Below are positions 1-10,499 of a DNA stretch of 64,000 bases, piece after piece. The notes beneath the pieces were generated by a model. That model saw only the letters and a list, made by a program, of their open reading frames with translations. It was not told the origin of the DNA and searched no databases. Position 1 is the first letter of the stretch; each line of letters starts with the position of its first letter. The position numbers were made by a program, and so were the translations under genes. This DNA comes from Chrysemys picta bellii (lineage: Eukaryota): positions 23,746,001 to 23,810,000 of the forward strand of contig NC_088807.1 of NCBI RefSeq assembly GCF_011386835.1. The letters are read 5' to 3'.

Positions 1-215
1 CCAGGGAGAGAACCCAGGCGTCCTGCCTCCCAACCCCCCCGGCTCTAACCACCAGCCCCCACTCCCTTCCCAGAGCCAGGGAGAGAACCCAGGCGTCCTG
101 GCACCCAGCCCCGCCCTGCTCCAACCACCAGCCCCCACTCCCCTCTCAGGGCCAGGGAGAGAACCCAGGCGTCCTGGCTCCTAGCCCCCGCCCCCGAAGC
201 AGTGGGGTCTCTCAC

Positions 216-2298
216 GGGGTGAAGGCGCGGATGTCCTGGCTGGTGACGGAGACGTAGGGCTCCAGACGGCTCAGAACCGCCCCGTCGCGGACGTAGAAGA
301 CGGATCCGGCCAGGGGCTTGTTCTCCGTGCTGCCCACCATGGACTGGAGTGCCGGGGGAGATGGAAATTAGGGTTCACCCCATTCTGGGGACCCCAGCCC
401 CTCCCCCCACCCCATCTGCCATCTCCCTGGGAATCTGACCTCTCTCCCCACCCCATCGGCCTCCTGGGGAACCCCAGCCCCTTCCCCCCCAACCAGAGAG
501 CCCCCCCACCCCCATCTCTGGGGTCCCTACCTTGGAGGCGCCGTCACTGTGGTGGGCAGCCAGGCCGAAGGGCTGGGGGCCAGCGTGGTGGGCGGGCTCG
601 GGGGGCAGGTTGGGCCAGCCGCAGAATCGGTGCCGGGTCTCGCTCGGCCGCCCCCCCCGGGGTCAGCGGGACCCGCCAGGCGCGGAGCTGCAGCTGGGGG
701 ACAGAGCACCAGGGGTGGGGGGAGGTGGGGGTCAGTGCAGGGGGGAGGGAGACAGGCGCCCCCATGTTCTAAGGAGCCCCCACCCCTGATCCATAACCTT
801 CCTCCCCCTGCCCCCAACAGCCAGTGGGGGACACGAGAGCAGATCCCAAAAGCCACCCTGGGGGGCGAGAGACAATGTGTGACCCTCAAACGCCTCCACA
901 GCATCACCGCCCCCCCCCCCACCTGGGAGCAGGCGCTGAGCCATGGAACCCAGGCATCCTGGCTCCCAGCCCCCGCACCCCGCTCTACCCACTGCACCCC
1001 ACTCCCCTCCCCTAGCTGGGGATGGAACCCAGCGTCTTGGCTCCCAGCCCCCCCCCCTCTAACCACTAGACCCCACTCCCCTCCCAGAGCCATGGAGAGA
1101 ACCCAGGCGTCCTGGCTCCCAGCCCCCCTGCTCTAACCACTAGTCACCACTCCCCTCCCAGAGCCGGGGATAGAACCCAGGCGTCCTGGCTCCCAGCCCC
1201 CCCCCCCCCTCTAACCACTAGACCCCCACTCCCCTCCCAGAGCCGGGGATAGAACCCAGGCGTCCTGGCTCCCAGCCCCCCTGCTCTAACCACTAGTCCC
1301 CACTCCCCTCCCAGAGCCGGGGATAGAACCCAGGCGTCCTGGCTCCCAGCCCCCCTGCTCTAACCACTAGTCCCCACTCCCCTCCCAGAGCCGGGGATAG
1401 AACCCAGGCTCCCAGCTCCCCCCTCCTTGTGCCTTGTCCCGGAGGTCCTTGTTGCAGTGGACTCTCCACAGCGGGGCGGGCAGGAGGTAGCCGGGCTGCC
1501 CCAGGACCCCTCCGTGGGTTTTCACGTCATGGCAGAGCCCCGTGGTGGTCGCTAGGCGCTGGATCAGCTCTTCCCGCGGGGGCCGCTCCGCGCCGGGGGG
1601 CAGGGGCTCATGGACTGTGGACTGGAGGGGAGACAGAGAGAGCCTGTAACCCCCCGCCCCACACAGCTGGGGAGAGAACCCAGGCGTCCTGGCTGCTGCC
1701 CCCCCCACCCCGACCTCCCATCCCAAATCAGGAGGGAACCCACGCGTCCTGGATGCCAGCCCCTCCCCTCCAACCACTAGGCCCCACTCCCCTCCCAGAG
1801 CCAGGATTAAACGCAGGCATCTTGGCTCCAGTTTCTCCCAGCCCCAGGTCTAACCACCGGACCCCTCTCCCCAAGCCAGGAGGGAACCCAGGCGTCCTGG
1901 CTGCCAGTCCCCTCCCCTCCAACCTCTAGGCCCCACTCCCTGCCCAGAGCCAAGATAGAACCCAGGCGTCCGAGCTCCTAGCCCCCTGCCCCCACTCTAA
2001 CCACGAGACCCCACCCGCCTCCCAGAGCCAGGATAGAACCCAGGCATCCTGGCTCCTGTTCCCCCCCCAGCTCTAACCACCAGACCCCCACTCCCCGAGC
2101 CAGGAGGGAACCCAGGCGTCCAGGCCGCCGGCTGGCACTCACGCGGGCAGCAGGGGGCGGGAAGGGCTGTGGGGGCCAGTTCTCCAGCCCCACTCCACTG
2201 CTGGTGAGGGGCCAGTCCCGGCTGTGGTGCCATTGGGCCCCCTCGACGCCCCAACCCAGGTCGGTGCCCGCGGGCGCGGGCAGGACGGTGCCAGCCAT
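216..2298 (-). CDS. SAXO3: SAXO3-like (stabilizer of axonemal microtubules 3), copy A, exons 1-4; exon 3 frameshifted; last exon lies outside the window
   Basis: Exons 2298-2143 (MAGTVL…PPQPFPPPAAR), 1621-1433 (STVHEPLPP…KTHGG…KDLRDK, GC donor), 693-531 (163 bp, net +1 versus 162 bp in B) and 343-216 (SMVGSTENKPL…QDIRAFTP). Splice sites are phase-compatible. The peptide resembles mammalian SAXO3 as I recall it, and the position between LHB and NTF4 is syntenic. Confidence 0.75.
930..1420 (-). repeat. Tandem array of ~75-bp tRNA-like SINE-head units (SAXO3-A intron 2)
   Basis: Repeated unit, reverse complement of ggggtctagtggttagagcagggggctgggagccaggacgcctgggttctatccccggctctgggaggggagt. The same unit recurs throughout the window. 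Confidence 0.8.
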
Positions 2299-2809
2299 GC
2301 CAGCCTCTGCCCTGGCCCTGCCCCCAGGGGGGGGGTGTTTGTGACTTGTTACCATGGAGCTGGAACCCAGCATATGTGACCTGGCACGGAGCCCAGGGAG
2401 CAGCTGGCAACCCGGATGCCTGGGTTCTCTCCTGGCTCTGGGAGAGTAGTAGGGTAGAGTGGCGGGGGAGGGGCTTAGAGCTAGGACGCCTGGGTTCTCT
2501 CCCCAGCTTGGAGGGGGGGGGGGTGACAAAGTGGGGGCTTTTCATAGTGTGCATGAACACGGTGTGTGCCTCAGTTTCCCTGTGTGCTGGGGGTGTAACT
2601 GGGGGCAGCAGAGGGGGGGTTGTTGCTGCAGGGGGCCAGGTGTGACCTCGCCCAGCAGCCGAGACCCCGACGACAGCCAGGCGATGGGGGACCCAGCGAC
2701 TGGTGCCCGGGAGGCCCCCCCAGCTCGGGAGCAGCCGGTTCCAGCCATTGGGGGAACAAGGGGCTGAGGGGAGGGGCCCAGGTGACCTGCTGGACGACAA
2801 AGGGGTGGT

Positions 2810-3560
2810 GTGGGGCCCAGCTGGAAGGGGGGCCTGTGGGGAGGGGATATAGGGGTCCCGGATGGAAGAGGAGGGCTGTGGGGAGGGGATATAGGGGGCC
2901 TAGCTGGAAGGGGGGGATGTGAGGAGGGGATATGGGCCCCGGTTGGAAGGGGGGGCTGTGGGGAGGGGATACGGGGCCCAGCTGGAAGGGGGGGGCTGTG
3001 GGGAGGGGATATAGGGGGCCTGGCTGGAAGTGGGGGGATGTGAGGAGGGGATATGTGCCCCGGTTGGAAGGGGGGTGTGTGGGGAGGGGATATGGAGTCT
3101 GACTGCACGGGGGGGGGCTGTGGGGAGGGGATATAGGGAGCCTGGCTGGAAAGGGGGGATGTGGGGAGGGGATATGGGCCCCGGTTGGAAGGGAGGGGCT
3201 GTGGGGAGGGGATATAGGGGGCCTGGCTGGAAGGGGGGGCTGTGGGGAGGGGATATAGGGGGCCTGGCTGGAAGGGGGGCGTGGAGGAGGGGATATGGGG
3301 CCCGGGTGGAAGGGGGGGCTATGGGGAGGGGATATAGGGGGCCTGGTTGGAAGGGGGGCATGGGGGAGGGGATATGGGGCCTGGTTGGAAGGAGGGAGGG
3401 CTGTGGGGAGGGGATATAGGGGGCCTGGTTGGAAGGGGGGCATGGGGGAGGGGATATGGGGCCTGGCTGGAAGGGGGGGGCTGTGTGGAGGGGATATGGA
3501 GTCCGACTGCAAGGGGGGGTTGGGAGGGAGGAGATACAGGGCCTGGCTGGAAGGGGGGGC
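2810..3560. repeat. G-rich ~40-bp minisatellite upstream of SAXO3-A
   Basis: Tandem gggggctgtggggaggggatatagggggcctggctggaag variants. In copy B this array is split by LTR element 1. Confidence 0.9.
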
Positions 3561-4049
3561 TGGGGGGCCGAGGAGCAGGTGGAGCCCATGGGGCCGGGCC
3601 ACGGGGCGGGGACTGGCCAAGCCGGGCCCCTGAGAGCTGCCTGGGCTGGGGGGGACGTACGATAACACCCCCCTTTGCACTGGCTGAGGGTTGCTGCGGG
3701 CTGGAGCCCGGGGGGGGGGGCTGCCAGAGCTAGGGGACCCCCGAGGGGCCCGGGGCAGAGCCAGGCACTGGGGGCTCAGGGCTGGCCCCCCAAGAGCGAT
3801 GCCGCTGGATTAACGGCACACTGACACATTTCTGTTCGGGGCCAACGAACGGCCCAGCACGGAGCCCGGATTCGGCCCGAGCGTTCGCCAGAAACAGGCT
3901 CTGGGCGCCAATCGACACCGGCCGGTGCGTTTCCAAGGTGGGGGGAGCAAGTCCCGAGACAACAGCTCTGTTCTAAAGCGAGGAGGGTCCCGGGCAGGAC
4001 AGCGGCTGCTCCGGCTCTTTTTTAGCCGGGTGAGTCGGTATCCGCCCAA

Positions 4050-4180
4050 GAACAGGCTCCTCGCGGCACCACAGTTATTTGGGGAGAAGCTTTCGTGGGC
4101 TACCGCCGATGAAGGGGCTGTAGCCCACGAAAGCTGATGCTCAAATACATGCGTTAGTCTCTAAGGTGCCGCAAGTACGG
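4050..4180. mobile_element. Penelope-like element terminal remnant with inverted repeat and degenerate hammerhead (copy A)
   Basis: Perfect 16-bp inverted repeat agctttcgtgggctac (4088-4103) / gtagcccacgaaagct (4120-4135), followed by gatgctcaaatacatgcgttagtctctaaggtgcc, which resembles reptile PLE ends. Confidence 0.65.
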
Positions 4181-4392
4181 GGCCGGCTTTAGGCCGATTC
4201 CCCCGATGCCCCGGAATCGGGCCCCACGCCTCAGGCACCTTTTAAATTTTTTTTACGCACCTGGCGGTGGTCCGCTCGGGGTCTTCAATGCCGCGGAAGA
4301 CCCGGAGCCAAGTGAAGGACACACTCTCCCCCCCCTGCTGAAGTGTCGCCGAAGACCCGGACCACCGCCGGATATTCGAATCGGGCCCCGCA

Positions 4393-4514
4393 TAGGGTGA
4401 CCAGATGTCCCAATTTTATAGGGACAGTCCTGATTTTGGGGTCTTTTTCTTATATAGGTTCCTATTACCCCCCCACCCCCATCCCGCTTTTTCACACTAC
4501 GTCTGGGCACCCTA
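4393..4514. mobile_element. hAT-type MITE (copy A)
   Basis: TIRs tagggtgaccaga…tctgggcacccta. Flanks gccccgca / gccccgcg match 7 of 8, consistent with an 8-bp TSD. Confidence 0.8.
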
Positions 4515-4645
4515 GCCCCGCGGGTCCTAAAGCCGGCCCTGCCCAAGTACCTCTGGTCTTGCTACGACGCCGTTTTCCCGCACGCAGGAATGCGATCTGG
4601 TAACCCCCACGCCTGCATTTTCCCCTCGCTTGTTTCCTTTTCCCA

Positions 4646-5483
4646 TGTAACAAGTGGTATGACTGGGTCTATGGGAGCCGGCCGTGCCCCAGTGAATTTA
4701 GAAGGGTTTTGTTAAAGGACGACGAGGTAATAACATGGAGACGTAGGGTGACCAGATGTCCTGATTTTATAGGGACAGTCCCGACGTTTGGGTTTTTTTC
4801 TTGTATAGGCTCCTATTACCCCGCATCCCCATCCCGACTTTTCACCCTACGTCTGCTCACCCTACGTAGATGTGATGAGAACAATGTGACGTGGAATAGA
4901 CTGAGTGCGGGTGCGTGGCTGATGTTTGGATGGATAATAAAAGGTCGAGGCGCCGGCCTGAGAATCATAATAAACGACCCCACATCTGGAGGAAGAAAAA
5001 CCACCACCCTCCGGCAGGGCCGTTTGGCCGCAGAATGGGCTGGGGGATAACCCCGAGGGCACCCCCGGAAACACCCCCCAACCGCCCCCGAGGCCGGGAG
5101 GGCCGGAGAACCCAACGACCAGCCGCGATGGATGTGATTGATTCTCACGTCAACCCCGAGACCGGCCTGAACAACCCCCCGAGACGTGTCCCAGGCCGGA
5201 TCCCTATAAAGACAGACCCTAAAGACTGTGGACTTCGGGGCTGGTTCTGCCACCAACTTCCAGGAGCCTCGGACGAGGCCCAGCTCCGTCCCCGTGTCCA
5301 GGCCGGTGCGCGAGCAACTCCTAGGCCGGGAACTAGAATAAGGACCCGGCCGAACGTGCGTGTGTGAATGTGTGAGCGAACGGGTGTTCACCGGCCGCTG
5401 GCTCTAAGTCTGTCTGTAGCCACAATAAACGCAGCGTGTGGCCGTAGCCCCGAGTAACATCCTACGGGGTTTTATTTTCAACA
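4646..5483 (+). mobile_element. Degenerate solo-LTR-like element with nested MITE (copy A)
   Basis: Begins tgtaac, has TATAAA at 5205-5210 and AATAAA at 5424-5429, and ends ttttcaaca. No TSD was found, so the boundaries are tentative. Confidence 0.45.
4744..4864. mobile_element. hAT-type MITE, same family as 4393-4514 (copy A)
   Basis: TIRs tagggtgaccagatg…gtctgctcacccta, with interior similar to the first MITE. Confidence 0.75.
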
Positions 5484-5585
5484 ACCGCCCCCCCCGGGAA
5501 GGCGTCGCAGGGACGGGCTCCTCCCAGGGGCCGTAGGGAGCCGAGCAAACGCGGGGCCTGGGACACAGGGTGTAGCAGTCAGAGC

Positions 5586-5900
5586 AGGGGGGGCTGGGAG
5601 CCAGGATGCCTGGCTCCGGGACGGGAGTGGGGTCTAGTGGTTAGAGCGGGGGGGGGGCAGGACTCCTGGGTTCTCTCCCTGGCTCTGGGAGGGGAGTAGG
5701 GTCTAGTGGCTGGAGCAGGGAGGGCTGGGAGCCAGGACTCCTGGGTTCTCTCCCTGGCTCTGGGAGGGGAGTGGGGTCTAGTGGTTAGAGCAGGGGGGGC
5801 TGGGAGCCAGGACTCCTGGGTTCTCTCCCTGGCTCTGGGAGGGGAGTGGGGTCTAGTGGTTAGAGCAGGGGGGGCCGGGAGACAGGACTCCTGGTTCTAT
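5586..5900 (+). repeat. Tandem tRNA-like SINE-head array (copy A; B equivalent ~26595-26935)
   Basis: About four ~76-bp units containing tagtggttagagca and ctgggttctctccc. Confidence 0.8.
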
Positions 5901-6834
5901 TTTCAGCTCAGCCGGTGGTGGGGGGGTGTTTTGGACTCACCCCTTGCTGTGCCCCCTCCCCCGCCCCAGTGCGGGCTGCCCCTCGCCCGGCTGAGGTTGC
6001 TTGTCCCCTCTGGGAGTGTCATGGGGGGGTCTTGGCCATGAACAGTCTGGGTTCCATTCGGGGGGTGCCAGGGGCTGTTTCCACACTGGCCCTGCTCCGT
6101 TGTTAACCCGTGGGACCCCCCGCTGCAGGACACGCCCCATCCAGAGTTGGGAGTGCAGGGGTGTGGGGCAGTTTGGGGGCCAATTACTCTCTCCCACACA
6201 CATACCCCAGAGAAGTGTGTGCATGTGGGGCAGTTAACGGGGCTGGATGGGTCCATGGGTGTGATTCTGCCCCAGGGTTGGGGGCAGCTACCAGATCAGG
6301 GAGCCCTTGAATATCCCTGTCCCTGCCACAAGGTGGCGTCAAACCCCAGGAATCCCCCCAGCTCCCCCCTCAACCCGGGGCACGAGTGGGGGCCAAACTA
6401 CCCCCCCCAGGGAGCAGAGAGGGGTCAGTCAGGAGGTGTACCTCCCTCAACTGGGGGGGGGGGCTGCGGGTCGGGAGTGAGGGGCACCGGCAGGGCTGGG
6501 GGGGCACTTTGATGGCTGGCCGTGGGACTCATGGGAATCGCAGGGCTCCCAGACTCCTGTGGGGTGGGTGCCCCACATGTGGATCCCGAGGGTCGTGTGT
6601 CCCCCCCGGGAAACAGGCCATGACCCCAATGAACGACGCGGAGACTCTGGGTTTTGTTTCCTTCGGTCTTTTTCGGGTACAAGGAACCGTTCAAGCGGGT
6701 CACGGGGGGGGGATGTCAGGAATAATTTAATTCGGGGGGGGCGGAATGGATCAGAACCGGGGAGAGGGGGGTAATAAATATGGGAAGAAACAGCGAACAG
6801 CCACAAAAGGCAGAAACCCCCTGGAGGCCACAGT

Positions 6835-7235
6835 CCTCAGCCCCCGGGCTGACCCACGGCGCCCACAGCCTCCAGCCCCACAGCTCAGTCTCCGAGCCTG
6901 GCCCCCAGCCCCGAGGGCTGACCCACGGCCCCCAGCCCCACTGCTCAGTCTCCGAGCCTGGCCGCCAGACCCCGGGCTGACCCACGGCGCCCACAGCCTC
7001 CAGCCCCACAGCTCAGTCTCCGAGCCTGGCCCCCAGCCCCGAGGGCTGACCCACGGCTCCCAGCCCCACTGCTCAGTCTCCGAGCCTGGCCCCCAGATCC
7101 TGGGCTGACCCACGGCGCCCACAGCCTCCAGCCCCACAGCTCAGCCTCTGAGCCTGGCCCCCAGGGCTGACCCACGGCCCCCAGCCCCACAGCTCAGTCT
7201 CCAAGCCTGACCCCCAGCCCCAGGCTGAACCCCAG
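6835..7235. repeat. Minisatellite 3' of NTF4-A (B equivalent ~27870-28270)
   Basis: Tandem gggctgacccacggc…cagctcagtctccgagcctggccccca units. Confidence 0.85.
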
Positions 7236-7329
7236 CGTCCATGTGCGTGCCAGTGTCTGAGTCGCTCGGGTTCCCAAGCAGAGCCCAGCGGGCGGGGGCC
7301 GGGGGCTCCATCCCTCAGCCCCCCCCCGG

Positions 7330-7730
<401 letters not shown>

Positions 7731-8230
7731 NNNNNNNNNNNNNNNNNNNNNNNNNNNNNNNNNNNNNNNNNNNNNNNNNNNNNNNNNNNNNNNNNNNNNN
7801 NNNNNNNNNNNNNNNNNNNNNNNNNNNNNNNNNNNNNNNNNNNNNNNNNNNNNNNNNNNNNNNNNNNNNNNNNNNNNNNNNNNNNNNNNNNNNNNNNNNN
7901 NNNNNNNNNNNNNNNNNNNNNNNNNNNNNNNNNNNNNNNNNNNNNNNNNNNNNNNNNNNNNNNNNNNNNNNNNNNNNNNNNNNNNNNNNNNNNNNNNNNN
8001 NNNNNNNNNNNNNNNNNNNNNNNNNNNNNNNNNNNNNNNNNNNNNNNNNNNNNNNNNNNNNNNNNNNNNNNNNNNNNNNNNNNNNNNNNNNNNNNNNNNN
8101 NNNNNNNNNNNNNNNNNNNNNNNNNNNNNNNNNNNNNNNNNNNNNNNNNNNNNNNNNNNNNNNNNNNNNNNNNNNNNNNNNNNNNNNNNNNNNNNNNNNN
8201 NNNNNNNNNNNNNNNNNNNNNNNNNNNNNN
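7731..8230. other. Assembly gap (500 N)
   Basis: Run of exactly 500 N, typical of a scaffolding join of unknown true size. Confidence 0.99.
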
Positions 8231-8720
8231 GCCTGGGTTCTGTGCTTGGCTCTGGGAGGGGGCTGGGGGGCCTTGGAGCCCGGACGCCTGGGTTCTGTGC
8301 TCGGCTCTGGGAGGGGCTGGGGGCCTCGGAGCCCGGATGCCTGGATTCTGTGCTTGGCTCTGGGAGGGGGCTGGGAGTCTTGTGTGGGGGTGGGAGACGG
8401 CTGGGAGCCCGGATGCCTGGGTTCTGTGCTTGGGGCTGGGAGTCTTGTGTGGGGGGTGGGAGACGGCTGGGAGCCCGGATGCCTGGATTCTGTGCTTGGC
8501 TCTGGGAGGGGGCTAGGAGTCTCGTGTGGGTGTGGGAGACGGCTGGGAGCCCGGATGCCTGGGTTCTGTGCTTGGCTCTAGGAGGGGGCTGGGAGTCTCG
8601 TGTGGGGGGTGGGAGACGGCTGGGAGCCCGGACGCCTGGGTTTCTGTGCTTGGCTCTGGGCGGGGGTTGGGGGGCTAGATTCCTTGGTTCTGTGCCTGGC
8701 TCTGGGAGGGGGCTGAGGTC
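8231..8720. repeat. Minisatellite downstream of LHB
   Basis: Tandem gggagcccggatgcctgggttctgtgcttggctctgggagggggct variants. Confidence 0.85.
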
Positions 8721-8888
8721 TAGTGGGTTGTGGGGAGGGGCTGGGAGCCCGGAGCCCCCCCAGGTTCTGTGCCTGGCCCTGGGGGCCAGTGGTCACAACG
8801 AGGCCCTGCTCTGCGCCCCCCCCCCCCCCACCCACACACACACGCACGGAGCCGAGGGCGTGGCCATGGCGTTTATTGCCCCCCGCCC

Positions 8889-9635
8889 CTAGGCGAATCC
8901 CCCCCCGGGGCGCTGCAGAAGTCGGGCCCCCAGGCTGTGCACGGTGCAGTCGCTGGAGTCCATGGGGCACAGGCTGCAGTGGCAGCTCAGTGCCACCGGG
9001 AAGGTGAAGGCCGGGTCCACGCCGGGCGGGCAGCCGGGCAGCGCCAGCGTCTCGTAGCGCACGGCCCGGTAGCTGCAGACGTGTTGGGGAGACGGGCGCC
9101 AGGGCGCTCTTGTACACCGGCTCCTGGGGAGAGAAGGGTAGGGCAGGGGGGCAGGCGGGCAACCCCCCCCGGGGCCTGTGCCCCCCCTCCCGCCGGTGCC
9201 CCGCCCACCCCCCGGGTGCGGGGGTCCCTGCCCGCTGGGCCGCCGCCCCGCCCCGGCCCCCGCCCTCACCTTGGTCTGGCAGTACCCGCTGCAGATGGCC
9301 GTGGCCACGGTGACGCAGACGGGGCAGTCGTCCTTCTCGGCCGCGATGGTGGCGTTGACGGGGCGGCGGCAGAAGCGGCGCCCGCGGGCGGCCCCCAGGG
9401 CCCCCCCGGCCCAGCAGCAGCGGCCAGCACCAGAGCCTGCAGCCCCGCGCTGGGGGAGAGGACAGAGCGGGGGGCAGATGGGGGCCGGCTCGGGGAAGGG
9501 GGCACTGTTAGCTGGGGCCCGGACCCTCCCCAGCAGGGACCCATGTGCCCCCACGCCCCCCCCTGGCCAGCGCACGGCTCCCTGCCCCCCCCATTTCCAG
9601 CCCCCCACCGCTGCTCTCACCTGTGGGGGTCCCAT
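8889..9635 (-). CDS. LHB: Luteinizing hormone beta subunit, 3 exons, with homopolymer frameshifts as assembled
   Basis: Exon 1 9635-9621 (MGPPQ|gtgag). Exon 2 9449-9270 (…[32 protein letters not shown]|gtgag). Exon 3 9123-8889 ([12 protein letters not shown], then +1, [52 protein letters not shown]). Cystine-knot glycoprotein hormone beta motifs CAGYC-type and PVALSC are present. AATAAA at 8877-8872. Syntenic position. Confidence 0.92.
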   Translation of the reverse strand: MGPPQVRAAVGGWKWGGQGAVRWPGGGVGAHGSLLGRVRAPANSAPFPEPAPICPPLCPLPQRGAAGSGAGRCCWAGGALGAARGRRFCRRPVNATIAAEKDDCPVCVTVATAICSGYCQTKVRAGAGAGRRPSGQGPPHPGGGRGTGGRGGTGPGGGCPPAPLPYPSLPRSRCTRAPWRPSPQHVCSYRAVRYETLALPGCPPGVDPAFTFPVALSCHCSLCPMDSSDCTVHSLGARLLQRPGGGFA

Positions 9636-9685
9636 GCTGGCGTTGGTGCCCGAGGAAATCAGCACCAGGCGTTCCCCGCTGCCCC

Positions 9686-9816
9686 TCTTATACCAGCAGC
9701 TCCTGCCCCCCCCAGTGCCCATGTCCCCCCCCCACCCCACTCCAGCTGGCGGCAGCGAGGAGCCAAGGCCACACCCCCCCCGGCACAGGGAGGGGGCGAC
9801 TTCAAGGCCAACGTCA
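9686..9816 (-). promoter_or_regulatory. LHB proximal promoter: TATA box, two SF-1 (NR5A1) sites, one Egr-1-like site, half-CRE
   Basis: TATAAGA 9692-9686; ccaaggcca 9763-9771 and tcaaggcca 9802-9810 (YCAAGGYCR); gagggggcg 9790-9798; acgtca 9811-9816. Confidence 0.7.
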
Positions 9817-10499
9817 CTAGGGCGCTCGGCCCACGCGGCCTGTTTGCCAGGGTTGAACCCAGGGGTCCGAGCAGCCAGCCCCTTCGCGTGCCACAGCCCC
9901 TGGGGACTCCTGGGTTCTCTCTCCAGTTCGGGGAGGGAGGGGAGCTGGGGGTGAGAGCAGGGGGGGGGCTGGGGCGCAGGACTCCTGGGTTCTCTCCCGG
10001 CTCGGGGAAGGGGCTGGGGCGCAGGACTCCTGGGTTCTCTCCCGGCTCGGGGAAGGGAAGGGGCTGGGGCGCAGGACTCCTGGGTTCTCTCCCGGCTTGG
10101 GGAAGGGAGGGGGGAGAGCAGTTCACCCTCTCGGCTCATGTCTCCTGTGCCAAGGGCAACCCGGGCTCCCCCCCGGAAGCCGGGGGGCTGGCGCCAGCTG
10201 CGTTGCCAGGTGAGAAATCCCCACATCCTGCAGGCCACAACAGCGGCGCCCCCGGACAAATCCCCCCCAAGGGCACGAGGGAGGGGGGCTGGGAGTCAGG
10301 ACACCTGAGTCCTCTTCTGAGAATCATACCTGGCAGCCCCTCCCTCCCCCCAAATAGAACCCAGGTGTCCTGGCGGCTGGGGGGGCAGAGAAAGGGACCA
10401 GGCCTCAGCGAGCCCCCTGCCCCCCAAGGAGGACAGACCAGAGAACACAGGGGTGACGTATTGTAGCATGTTGGGGTGCACAGTATGGGGGGCCCCCCC

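Noticed and set aside
2542-3733. Multiple Pro-rich and Gly-rich ORFs (also 35745-36835, 41429-42532, 49350-50006, 61039-63843)
   Set aside because: All are translations of minisatellites in several frames at once.
4816-5391. 191-aa and 150-aa ORFs repeated in both copies
   Set aside because: They lie within a degenerate LTR-like remnant. Their conservation reflects the recent duplication, not coding constraint.
8578-9162. CG-beta-like C-terminal peptide extension of LHB
   Set aside because: This frame departs before the conserved cysteines of exon 3, so it would destroy the cystine knot. It is not a CTP-type extension.
8730-10466. 578-aa plus-strand ORF antisense to LHB
   Set aside because: Low-complexity G/P/A/R sequence expected from very high GC content, with no recognisable domain.
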